44,843 nt of DNA from IMG/VR virus record IMGVR_UViG_3300045988_068058, positions 1 through 44,843 of that record; one strand, given 5' to 3'. The number at the start of each line of letters is the position of its first letter. Positions within the stretch are counted from its first letter, which is position 1. The notes beneath the pieces are model-generated. The model was not told the DNA's origin, made no database searches, and was given only the letters and a program-made list of their open reading frames with translations. A program made the position numbers and the translations under genes. Below are positions 7,473-15,788 of this stretch, in pieces. This stretch comes from a virus.

Positions 7473-7751
7473 GTAAATCAGTATTGGTAATAGATATGTC
7501 AATTCTGTTATGAATTAGACGAAGGTGTTGAAGCATGTTGTTCCATTATGGATGATGACAAAGATAAAAGCCTAATGAAAGAAATTGATTGTGAATATGG
7601 ATATTGTCAAGGCAAGCCAGATTGGTGTCCGCTGAAGCCATTGCCAAAGAAAAAAGAAGAGAGAGATTGGAGAAGTAAACTTAGTCTTGAATGGGTTCGG
7701 GGTTGGAACACTTGTATTAGCAAAATTACAGGAGGGGATTCTGATGATTAA
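7469..7751 (+). pseudogene. Cys-rich phage protein apparently split by a +1 frame break near 7496-7500
   Basis: MSKSVLVIDMS..stop in frame 2. Frame 0 is open from 7494 (ICQFCYELDEGVEACCSIMDDD...WCPLKPLPKK) and has no start codon before ATG 7548. Confidence 0.4.
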
Positions 7752-8127
7752 TCTAGCAAATAAATGCGTATTAGTTAGAACGCAGGAAGAGTATGAAAGC
7801 ATTCTGAAAGAGGCAAGAAGACAGGGATATAGATGGTACGGTGGAAAAGAAACATATCCATATCCTTTTGAAGAACGTCAAATTCCAGATATATTAAAAT
7901 TTTATAAAGAAAATAAAGAACTGACAAGAAATGCCAATCTTGTGTCAGGGTATGAATTAGTAGAAGCATCAGATGTAGTTATAGATGAGAAAAAACTTGC
8001 AGATGCAGTGAGCCTCGTTAGAACATTCGCCAAATACCCAGACAGAACAGCACTGACGGATACATTTGTTAAATCGTTGAAGTTACTTGCAGATACCGTA
8101 GAAAGTCAGTTGGAAGAGGTGAAGTAG
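7744..8127 (+). CDS. Hypothetical protein
   Basis: RBS AGGAGGGG upstream of ATG 7744. Confidence 0.6.
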   Translation: MINLANKCVLVRTQEEYESILKEARRQGYRWYGGKETYPYPFEERQIPDILKFYKENKELTRNANLVSGYELVEASDVVIDEKKLADAVSLVRTFAKYPDRTALTDTFVKSLKLLADTVESQLEEVK

Positions 8128-8551
8128 ATGGAGAGATTAACAGAAAGATATGTTCCAAATGATGAAAAGAATGGAATTTCAGGGACAAAAGTATTTGAAT
8201 CTGAGAATAAAATACCTCTTGTTAAAGTATTAAGCGGAGAATATTTATATACTGCAATTGAAAAGCTCACCATTTATGAAGACTTAGAAGAACAGGGCTT
8301 GCTTGTGAGATTGCCGTGTAAGGTTGGAACAGAAGTTTTTTGCTTTTTTCCAGGAGACAGTTATTATGCAAAATGTCAAATTAAAAAAAATAGAAATCTG
8401 TCAAAGCATATTTGGAAATATATGTTACTTTGCAGAGCCAGTTGCACAAAGGGGACGTTGTTACAGATATTTTGACTATGAATTTGGCAAATTTTTATTC
8501 CTTACTCTTGAGGAAGCTGAGAAGAAGCTGGAGGAGATGAAACATGAATAA
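8128..8551 (+). pseudogene. Phage protein (MERLTER... family) split by a 1-nt frame break in an A8 run (8383-8390)
   Basis: Frame 1 reads ...AKCQIKK then a nonsense tail. Frame 2 reads KKIEICQS...FLTLEEAEKKLEEMKHE. With A7 or A10 the two parts form one ~140-aa ORF. Confidence 0.55.
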
Positions 8552-8969
8552 CATCTATTTGGTGCAACGCAAGAATGGAAATGTAATTGTCAGTATTATG
8601 AGAAATAAATCTGATAATACTTACTCATTTGTAAATCTAACAAAAGGCCATATTTGTTCATGCAGATTTGATTCGGTTGAAGATGCGGTAAAGGATATGG
8701 ATGAGAAAATATTAAATGGTGAAGTTACTGGGTATTTTGAGTTAGAGGAGATAAAAAAAATAAATAACAAACCTACACCAGATATAACGCCAAACCTTGC
8801 TATATCAGCATATCACGTACTACAGCAATATTGCACTGGACAGCCAGCAGATTGCAAAGGCTGCGGATTTTACGAACACTGTCCAGAATGTTTTCAAGGC
8901 ATACCATGTGACTGGAACTTGAATGAAGAGGGTGAAATAAATGAAACTGAGAAAGGCAACACTGATTGA
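8544..8969 (+). CDS. Hypothetical protein with C-terminal Cys cluster
   Basis: 141-aa ORF containing CKGCGFYEHCPEC. Confidence 0.6.
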   Translation: MNNIYLVQRKNGNVIVSIMRNKSDNTYSFVNLTKGHICSCRFDSVEDAVKDMDEKILNGEVTGYFELEEIKKINNKPTPDITPNLAISAYHVLQQYCTGQPADCKGCGFYEHCPECFQGIPCDWNLNEEGEINETEKGNTD

Positions 8970-9237
8970 CTACGGAGTACCGCCGGATGATATACCGACA
9001 TTACAGAGTCACTTGCGGAATCTTAGCGAAAGCGACAAATACAATCTGCTACAGGTATCTATCAAATATGCACCCGGTATTGAATCACAAATTTATGACA
9101 GCATCGTGAACAGTATCGGATATCGGACAATGGAAAAAATCAGAACGGTTCCTGCAACAGAAAATGACTTCTATGGTTATAAACGCAAGGTCATGGCAGA
9201 ATATTATCATCTGGCCAAATTGATTGGTAGACTTTAA
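8941..9237 (+). CDS. Hypothetical protein (last gene before the packaging operon)
   Basis: 98-aa ORF. This position is typical of late regulators, but no motif was recognised. Confidence 0.55.
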   Translation: MKLRKATLIDYGVPPDDIPTLQSHLRNLSESDKYNLLQVSIKYAPGIESQIYDSIVNSIGYRTMEKIRTVPATENDFYGYKRKVMAEYYHLAKLIGRL

Positions 9238-9257
9238 AAACTTAAAAAATTATAAAA

Positions 9258-9293
9258 GTGGTAGAGAGCTAAATCTCCCCAGTGTGGTATTAT
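9258..9293 (+). promoter_or_regulatory. Candidate late promoter: box GTGGTAGAGAG - N16 - TGgTATTAT
   Basis: The same box and the same 16-nt spacing to an extended -10 recur at 20230-20265. Confidence 0.4.
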
Positions 9294-9329
9294 ATTTGTA
9301 TATAACTGCTATACTGGGGATTTTTTTTT
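9276..9329 (+). terminator. Intrinsic terminator (TCCCCAGT...ACTGGGGA + T9) overlapping the candidate promoter
   Basis: 8-bp GC-rich stem with an internal AT sub-stem, followed by nine T. Confidence 0.6.
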
Positions 9330-9348
9330 GAATTCAGAAAGGATATGA

Positions 9349-10911
9349 TTGGATGTTGATAGGATGGCAAATGAGAAAAATTTAATACCGAATTCTGAAC
9401 GAACTCCGAGCGAACTCCGAGAAATAACAAAAAAAGGCGGTATTAAGTCGGGAGAAGTACGCCGTCAAAAAAAGACCCTTTCTGAATTAGCAAAAATGAT
9501 AGCTGAGAATCCTGCCCCGAATGCCGCGAAAAAGAAACTCACAAAGATGGGTATATCTGATGAGGACGCAAATAATAACGCCTGTATTGTAGCTGCCGTA
9601 TATGATAAAGCTATCAAAGGCAATATGCAGGCAGTAGACAAATGGGAGCAGTTAGTAGCTGTATCAAAATCAGATGAAAGCAAATATGAACTTCCTGCCA
9701 GAGTGCTTGGCAAGGCGTTCGTAGACATTAACCGGCAGATCAAGCCCAATATCGAATATGTATTTGAAGGCGGTCGTGGTGGTCTGAAATCTTCATACGT
9801 AGCCTTTAAAATTGTTGAGCTTATCAAGAACAATCCTCAGATGCACGCCTGCATCACAAGGCAGGTAGCTGGTACTCTGAAAGATTCCGTGTACGCTAAT
9901 ATGAAATGGGCTATTAATGAACTTGGACTGATGGAAGAATTTGAATGTAAGGTGTCGCCACTTGAGATTAAATACATTAAAACCGGGCAGACAATATACT
10001 TCCGTGGTCTGGACGATGAAACCAAACTGAAATCTATTAAGCCGGAGTTTGGGTATATCGGAATCCTCTGGAAAGAGGAAAAAGATCAAATGAAGGGAGA
10101 TGCCCAGGAACGTTCTGTTAATCAGTCAGTGCTTCGTGGCGGCGATGAATCCTATGATTTTTCATCATATAACCCACCAAAATCAAAATCAAACTGGGTA
10201 AACAGGATTAAGCTCACGCCTAACCCGAAAAGGGTTATTCATCATTCGAGTTATCTGGAAGCCCCGGCGGAGTGGCTCGGGCAGAAGTTTATTGACGATG
10301 CAGCACATCTGAAAGAAATCAATCCAGAAGCCTATGAGCATGAATACCTGGGTGTCCCAAATGGAGACGGTGGAAACGTATTTGAATATCTCGAAATTAG
10401 AGATATTACAGACGAAGAGATCAGTCACATGGATCGTGTTTTCGCTGGCGTAGACTATGGATGGTACCCGGATGCCTTCTGCTATCTCCGAACTTATTAT
10501 GATTCTGCCAGAGAGAAGATATATCTGATTGATGAATTGTATGTAAATAAATGGAGTAACTCCAAGACCGCTGATTGGATCAAGAAAAAAGGCTATGATG
10601 ATTATACGATGATATGTGATTCTGCGGAGCCTAAATCCGTGAACGACTTCCGGGACGCTGGACTTCCTGCTAGAGGAGCAATCAAGGGGCCGGGAAGTAT
10701 CGAGTATGGTTTTAAATTCTTACAGACCAAGACACTTGTCATTGACCCGAAGCGAACGCCGAATGCATACAAGGAAATTACGGAATATGAGTATGATCGA
10801 GACAAAGAGGGTAATGTAATAAGCGGTTATCCTGATGGAAATGACCATGCAATCTCGGCACTTAGGTATGCTTACGAACCGCTATTTAACAGAAGGGGGA
10901 ACAGTGCATAA
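9349..10911 (+). CDS. terL: Terminase large subunit (PBSX-like) with an N-terminal TerS-like extension
   Basis: ATPase motifs EGGRGGLKSS and ILWKEE, plus a nuclease-domain Asp (FAGVDYGW). The N-terminal ~120 aa carries KKGGIKSGEVRRQKK, recalled from small-terminase proteins. Confidence 0.9.
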   Translation: MDVDRMANEKNLIPNSERTPSELREITKKGGIKSGEVRRQKKTLSELAKMIAENPAPNAAKKKLTKMGISDEDANNNACIVAAVYDKAIKGNMQAVDKWEQLVAVSKSDESKYELPARVLGKAFVDINRQIKPNIEYVFEGGRGGLKSSYVAFKIVELIKNNPQMHACITRQVAGTLKDSVYANMKWAINELGLMEEFECKVSPLEIKYIKTGQTIYFRGLDDETKLKSIKPEFGYIGILWKEEKDQMKGDAQERSVNQSVLRGGDESYDFSSYNPPKSKSNWVNRIKLTPNPKRVIHHSSYLEAPAEWLGQKFIDDAAHLKEINPEAYEHEYLGVPNGDGGNVFEYLEIRDITDEEISHMDRVFAGVDYGWYPDAFCYLRTYYDSAREKIYLIDELYVNKWSNSKTADWIKKKGYDDYTMICDSAEPKSVNDFRDAGLPARGAIKGPGSIEYGFKFLQTKTLVIDPKRTPNAYKEITEYEYDRDKEGNVISGYPDGNDHAISALRYAYEPLFNRRGNSA

Positions 10912-11102
10912 TGTGTAAATTTTGTGATAATTTAGCTTCTTGTAAAGAATACTATGAAAATCCAGAATGTAAGAAGAATAAATACATATACGGCTGTATG
11001 CTGTACATGTACATGAAAGACCGAAAAGGAAGCATTACTTCCAGACCGTTTGACCTTAATTATTGTCCAATGTGCGGAAAGAAAATAGCGGCAGGTGACT
11101 AA
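10911..11102 (+). CDS. Cys-rich zinc-ribbon-like protein
   Basis: TAATG overlap with the previous gene. CKFC...CPMCG. Confidence 0.5.
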   Translation: MCKFCDNLASCKEYYENPECKKNKYIYGCMLYMYMKDRKGSITSRPFDLNYCPMCGKKIAAGD

Positions 11103-12548
11103 ATGGGACTTATAACAACACTAAAAAGGTGGTTTAACATGATATTCAAAAAACAAGCCGAAGAGGATTTTAACATCCAGGCAGCAGAATTTCCAGAAAT
11201 GGAATCACTGATTAACCGGTGTGCGAACATCTACAGGGGAGTACCGGAATGGTTAGATGACAAGAATAACATCAAGACGATTAATTTTGCTAAATCTGTC
11301 TGTTCAGAAACAGCACGGCTCGCAACATTGGCGATCGGCATTCAGATAGACGGTTCCGCAAGGGCTAAGTGGCTACAGGAACAGATTGATAAGGTATATT
11401 TCCAGATCCGGCACTGGGTAGAGTACGGCTGTGCTTACGGAACGGTGTTCGTCAAACCAAACAGTGAGAGCCTTGACGTATTTACTCCGGCAGACGTGAT
11501 GATTGTGGATTATGACAATCAGGAAATTAAAGGGATTATATTCAAGGATTCTTGTACTGTTGGACGGAAATACTATACAAGGCTCGAATATCATCGTTTT
11601 GTTGAGACCACTGTAGATGGCGTGACAACCTATCCGTATTATGTTTCAAACAGAGCCTATGTATCAAAATCCCCTCAAAGCATCGGCGATAAAATCGACC
11701 TTAAACAGACCAAATGGGCTGATCTGATGGCAGATACGCCACCGATTCTCAAAGCGAACGGGGAGAAACTGGACGGACCTCTATATGGAGTACTTCGGAC
11801 ACCACAGGCGAACAATGTGGATATTAGCACGCCGCTCGGACTTCCGATATTCGCTGAAGCTATCGAGGAACTGAAAGACCTGGACATTGCATACAGCCGC
11901 AATGCCGGAGAAATTTTCGATTCTCAGAAGATTGTTCTGGCAGATGATAGACTGCTGATGCCAAGCGGTGCACCTGTGTCAGCTATGTCGCCACAGGGCA
12001 TGGAGAACAGGCGAAATGAGATGAACTTACCGCACTTTGTCAAGAATGTATTTGGTGAGGGACAAGACACTTTCTATCAAGAAATCAATCCTCAACTCAA
12101 TACAGATACCCGTATAAGCGGAATAAATGCCCTTTTAAGCCAGTTGGGGTACAAGATTGGATTCTCCAACGGATACTTTGTTTTTAACGAATCTAGCGGT
12201 ATTCAGACAGCCACAGGAGTAGAAGCAGAACAGCAGAGGACAGTGCAGTTTATCAAAGATGTTCGAGACAAACTGGAATCTTGTCTGGACGAAGTTATTT
12301 ATGCACTGAACGTTTACGCTGACCTGTACGGACTTGCACCTGTCGGAGTCTATGAAGTCAATTATGATTTTGGAGATATTCTGTATGTGCGTGAAAATGA
12401 CCGTGCAAGATGGTGGCAGTATGTGACCACTGGCAAGGTTCCGGCATGGTTGTATTTTGTAAAATTCGAGGGAATGACTGAGGAAGAAGCGAAAGCAATG
12501 GTCAAAGAAGCTCAGCCAGACGAGCCAACATTATTCGGAGAGGAGTAA
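11103..12548 (+). CDS. Portal protein
   Basis: 481 aa, directly after terL, with an acidic C-terminus. Size and position fit SPP1 gp6-type portals. Confidence 0.8.
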   Translation: MGLITTLKRWFNMIFKKQAEEDFNIQAAEFPEMESLINRCANIYRGVPEWLDDKNNIKTINFAKSVCSETARLATLAIGIQIDGSARAKWLQEQIDKVYFQIRHWVEYGCAYGTVFVKPNSESLDVFTPADVMIVDYDNQEIKGIIFKDSCTVGRKYYTRLEYHRFVETTVDGVTTYPYYVSNRAYVSKSPQSIGDKIDLKQTKWADLMADTPPILKANGEKLDGPLYGVLRTPQANNVDISTPLGLPIFAEAIEELKDLDIAYSRNAGEIFDSQKIVLADDRLLMPSGAPVSAMSPQGMENRRNEMNLPHFVKNVFGEGQDTFYQEINPQLNTDTRISGINALLSQLGYKIGFSNGYFVFNESSGIQTATGVEAEQQRTVQFIKDVRDKLESCLDEVIYALNVYADLYGLAPVGVYEVNYDFGDILYVRENDRARWWQYVTTGKVPAWLYFVKFEGMTEEEAKAMVKEAQPDEPTLFGEE

Positions 12549-12552
12549 AAAA

Positions 12553-13947
12553 ATGGCAGATAAACCAGTAACAAGGGAAGAAAAATATCTTGCGTACTTG
12601 ACAGGTGATTACAAGGGCGAACTCCCAAAGCCAATCACAAGAAAAGAGAAGTATTTATACGAATTATGTTTGAAAGGAATGGGCGGTGAAATCTCGCCGG
12701 AGGAAATCAAAGCCGCAGTAAATGAGTACCTTGAAAAGAATCCGGTCAAGCCCGGAGCCACCACAGAACAGGCACAGCAGATCGAACAGAACAAGACGGA
12801 TATTACTTCGCTAAAGGAAGATATAAATATGTTATCTGTTAGCTCCATCTCTATTAAAGACGTGCTTACTGATAAAACAACACATGCCGGAATATATATA
12901 AGAACGGATGTACCAGTTGGTGATCCAAGATTTTATGAAGTTAATGAGAACTTTAATTCTTCCAATATCAATGAGATAGAACCGAACGAAACATATACCG
13001 TAATTTGTAAGAGGTATAACAATGGAGAAGAAATTCATTTTTGTGATGCAATGTTTTTCGATGTTGATCACAAATATATATCCAGAATTCAGAATACAAC
13101 TAAGTTTACAACACCAAATAACGCTAAATATTTTGCGATGACTCTATATTCAACAAGTTACGATCCAAATTCATGGGATAATTTTGATGATATCATTGTT
13201 GAAAATTCTAATCAAATTACTTATCCATTAATGAAAAATAGATTAAAAAATACCAGGGCATTTATAGGTTGCGAAGGCAAAAAGTGGATGGTTATAGGCG
13301 ATAGCATCACAGAACATAATTTTCGTGCGCTTGCGAACTATCATGATTATGTTGCCGAAGAACTAGGACTTGAAGTAATAAATTGTGGTGTAGGCGGTAG
13401 TGGTTATAAAGTTCATGATACAGATGATGATTATATTTCAACAATTTTACCATTTTATAAAAGAATTAGTAATTATTCGGAATACAAACCTGATTTAATC
13501 ACGATTATGGGTGGCATAAATGATTTGTTGTTTAGTGGCAAACAAATGGGCGAAATCACAGATACATCAACAGATACTTGGCTCGGTTGTGTATATCAAT
13601 TAATTCAAAATATAAAAACGACATTTCCGAACGTTCCTTTTGGTATTATGTCACCACTCCCAGCTTGCACAGTTGGAAGTGGAAATTGTTTATATAATTT
13701 TAACCCATCCGATAAGACAAACCAGGAATATATATTTGTTCAAAAACTAGAAGAGCTTTGCGATTATTACTGTATTCCATTTTTGAATCAATATAATAAA
13801 AGCGGTTTTAGACCTTGGGATGACGATTTCAAGTTAAAATACACATCATGTAGGCAAGAACAAAGCGGTGATGGATTGCATCCTAATGTCCAAGGGCATG
13901 AACTCATCTATCCTAGAATCAGGGAATTTATAAAAACGCTCATATAA
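12553..13947 (+). CDS. Fibre-like protein with C-terminal SGNH/GDSL hydrolase (esterase) domain
   Basis: All four SGNH blocks are present: GDSITE, GVGGSG, GGINDL and DGLHPNVQGH. N-terminal duplicated TR.EKYL motif and a coiled-coil segment. Confidence 0.85.
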   Translation: MADKPVTREEKYLAYLTGDYKGELPKPITRKEKYLYELCLKGMGGEISPEEIKAAVNEYLEKNPVKPGATTEQAQQIEQNKTDITSLKEDINMLSVSSISIKDVLTDKTTHAGIYIRTDVPVGDPRFYEVNENFNSSNINEIEPNETYTVICKRYNNGEEIHFCDAMFFDVDHKYISRIQNTTKFTTPNNAKYFAMTLYSTSYDPNSWDNFDDIIVENSNQITYPLMKNRLKNTRAFIGCEGKKWMVIGDSITEHNFRALANYHDYVAEELGLEVINCGVGGSGYKVHDTDDDYISTILPFYKRISNYSEYKPDLITIMGGINDLLFSGKQMGEITDTSTDTWLGCVYQLIQNIKTTFPNVPFGIMSPLPACTVGSGNCLYNFNPSDKTNQEYIFVQKLEELCDYYCIPFLNQYNKSGFRPWDDDFKLKYTSCRQEQSGDGLHPNVQGHELIYPRIREFIKTLI

Positions 13948-13963
13948 AGCATTGTCTGCATTT

Positions 13964-14176
13964 ATGGAGAAGTTTAGTGATATTGCATACCCTGGATTTC
14001 TGAAAGTAGTATTTGATGATGTTGGGCTGGAACATTTACAGAAAATACATAATAATTGGGAGAAAGTTAGAGAGCTACTGACAGTACATTATTGTGGTTT
14101 AGCACCATATGAACATATGGATTTAAAGGGAGATAATAAAAATGTCTTGGGGAAGTTATACTCTTATGAAATGTAA
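13964..14176 (+). CDS. Hypothetical protein
   Basis: ORF with no clear RBS. Confidence 0.35.
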   Translation: MEKFSDIAYPGFLKVVFDDVGLEHLQKIHNNWEKVRELLTVHYCGLAPYEHMDLKGDNKNVLGKLYSYEM

Positions 14177-14354
14177 AAAATGCGGAAAAGTATACGAAGT
14201 AGAAGATAGTACGTTGATTACGAATCAGACAGATTATAACAAGTGTCCGGTATGCCATTCTGAAGGAGAAATAGTATCTAGCAGATCCATATTAGATGTA
14301 ATGAATGAACAGAGTGAAAAATTTAAAAAGCGTAAGAAACGAGTGATTTTGTAA
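14142..14354 (+). CDS. Zinc-ribbon protein
   Basis: RBS AGGGAG upstream. CKKCG...CPVCH. Confidence 0.5.
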   Translation: MSWGSYTLMKCKKCGKVYEVEDSTLITNQTDYNKCPVCHSEGEIVSSRSILDVMNEQSEKFKKRKKRVIL

Positions 14355-14558
14355 AAATGATTTTCTATGATGCATTTTATAAAAAATGGGAAACGGCTTT
14401 TAGTTAATCAACCAGTTTAGAAAATTGAACAAACAGGAGAAAATCAAAATGGAATTTAATATCAAGACCAGGCTTGCTCATGCTTGGAATGCTTTAGTTG
14501 ACTAATAAAAAAAATTCAAAATATGTACCACAACATTTATCGAAAGAGGTGATATACT

Positions 14559-15788
14559 ATACTTAGTCCAGAATATTTACGAAGAATTACGGAGGGCAGT
14601 GAACAAATTGCCGAAGAACTGCATCAGTATATCATCTCTGAAATCGTATCACGGATGATGGCAAGAATCGGCAGAGGTGAGGACTATATTCTGACTAACG
14701 CTGATGCGTGGCGAATTAGAACGCTACAAGAATCCGGTGAACTACTAGAGGGCATTCTGGCAGAATTATCCAGATATACCAAGCGTGAACAACAGGAGCT
14801 TCTTGAAGCGTTCGAGGATGCCGGAATCACTGCAATGAACTATGATGACAAGGTATATAAGGCGGCAGGATTAAGCCCTGTACCGCTCGAACAATCCCCG
14901 GCTATGATAAGACTCATGGAACGGAATATGCTTGCAACCATGGGCGAGTGGAAGAACTTCACACGAACGACCGCAAGTGTCGCTCAGAGACTCTATATCG
15001 AGCAATGTGACCTTGCATATAATCATGTGATGACTGGGGCAGTTGGATATACGCAAGCCATCAAAGAAGCAGTTAACAACGTTGTGAGTGATGGCGTTAC
15101 CGTCACATATCCATCTGGTAGAAAAGACACAATTGAAACAGCAGTAGCACGCTCTGTCAGAACTGGCGTGGCACAGGCTACGGGAGATATATCCCTGAAA
15201 CGTATGGAAGAAATGGACTGGGATTTAGTTCTAGTCAGTGCACATATGGGAGCCAGGACAGGTGACGGCGGCGAGAATCCCGGAAATCACTCATGGTGGC
15301 AAGGCAAGATATACTCTCGTTCTGGCAAGAGTAAGAAATTTCCACCGTTCTCATTGACCGGATATGGAACAGCAAGCGGACTGTCAGGGGTCAACTGTCG
15401 GCATAGCTTTGGAGCCAGTGACGGGGAATTTAATCCCTATGCAGAACTATCAGCACAGGATAAAGCTGATAAAGGCAAACAGTACGAAAAGGAACAGAGA
15501 CAACGTACTTATGAACGGAGAATCAGAAAGACAAAGAGAGAAGTTCTCGGAATGCAAACAGCGGTTAATAACTGCAAGGACGAACAGGCGAAATTCGCAT
15601 TACAACAAGACCTTGACCGGAAGTCTTATCTTTTGCAGAAACAAAATGCTGCATACAAAGATTACTGCAAGCAGAACGACCTGAGGGAACTGCAAGACCG
15701 ACTCATGATAGCAAAGTGGAATCGCCAGAACGCCGCCAAAGCCAGAGGAGCGGCAAAGAGATATAAAACAGCAAAGGGGATTGACTGA
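14559..15788 (+). CDS. Minor capsid / head morphogenesis protein (Phage_min_cap2-like), probable non-canonical ATA start
   Basis: The frame is open from 14553. A strong RBS GAGGTGA lies at 14545-14552. The upstream segment LSPEYLRRITEGSEQIAEELHQYIISEIVSRM looks like the family N-terminus. The first ATG is at 14655. Motifs VSAHMGARTGD and GVNCRHS. Confidence 0.75.
   Translation: MLSPEYLRRITEGSEQIAEELHQYIISEIVSRMMARIGRGEDYILTNADAWRIRTLQESGELLEGILAELSRYTKREQQELLEAFEDAGITAMNYDDKVYKAAGLSPVPLEQSPAMIRLMERNMLATMGEWKNFTRTTASVAQRLYIEQCDLAYNHVMTGAVGYTQAIKEAVNNVVSDGVTVTYPSGRKDTIETAVARSVRTGVAQATGDISLKRMEEMDWDLVLVSAHMGARTGDGGENPGNHSWWQGKIYSRSGKSKKFPPFSLTGYGTASGLSGVNCRHSFGASDGEFNPYAELSAQDKADKGKQYEKEQRQRTYERRIRKTKREVLGMQTAVNNCKDEQAKFALQQDLDRKSYLLQKQNAAYKDYCKQNDLRELQDRLMIAKWNRQNAAKARGAAKRYKTAKGID

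Noticed and set aside
14449-14505. 18-codon ORF MEFNIKTRLAHAWNALVD with a plausible RBS, in the gap before the minor capsid gene
   Set aside because: It is too short to call from sequence alone. It may be a remnant of another gene's N-terminus left by the recombination that inserted the SGNH cassette. It is mentioned under that finding but not annotated as a gene.
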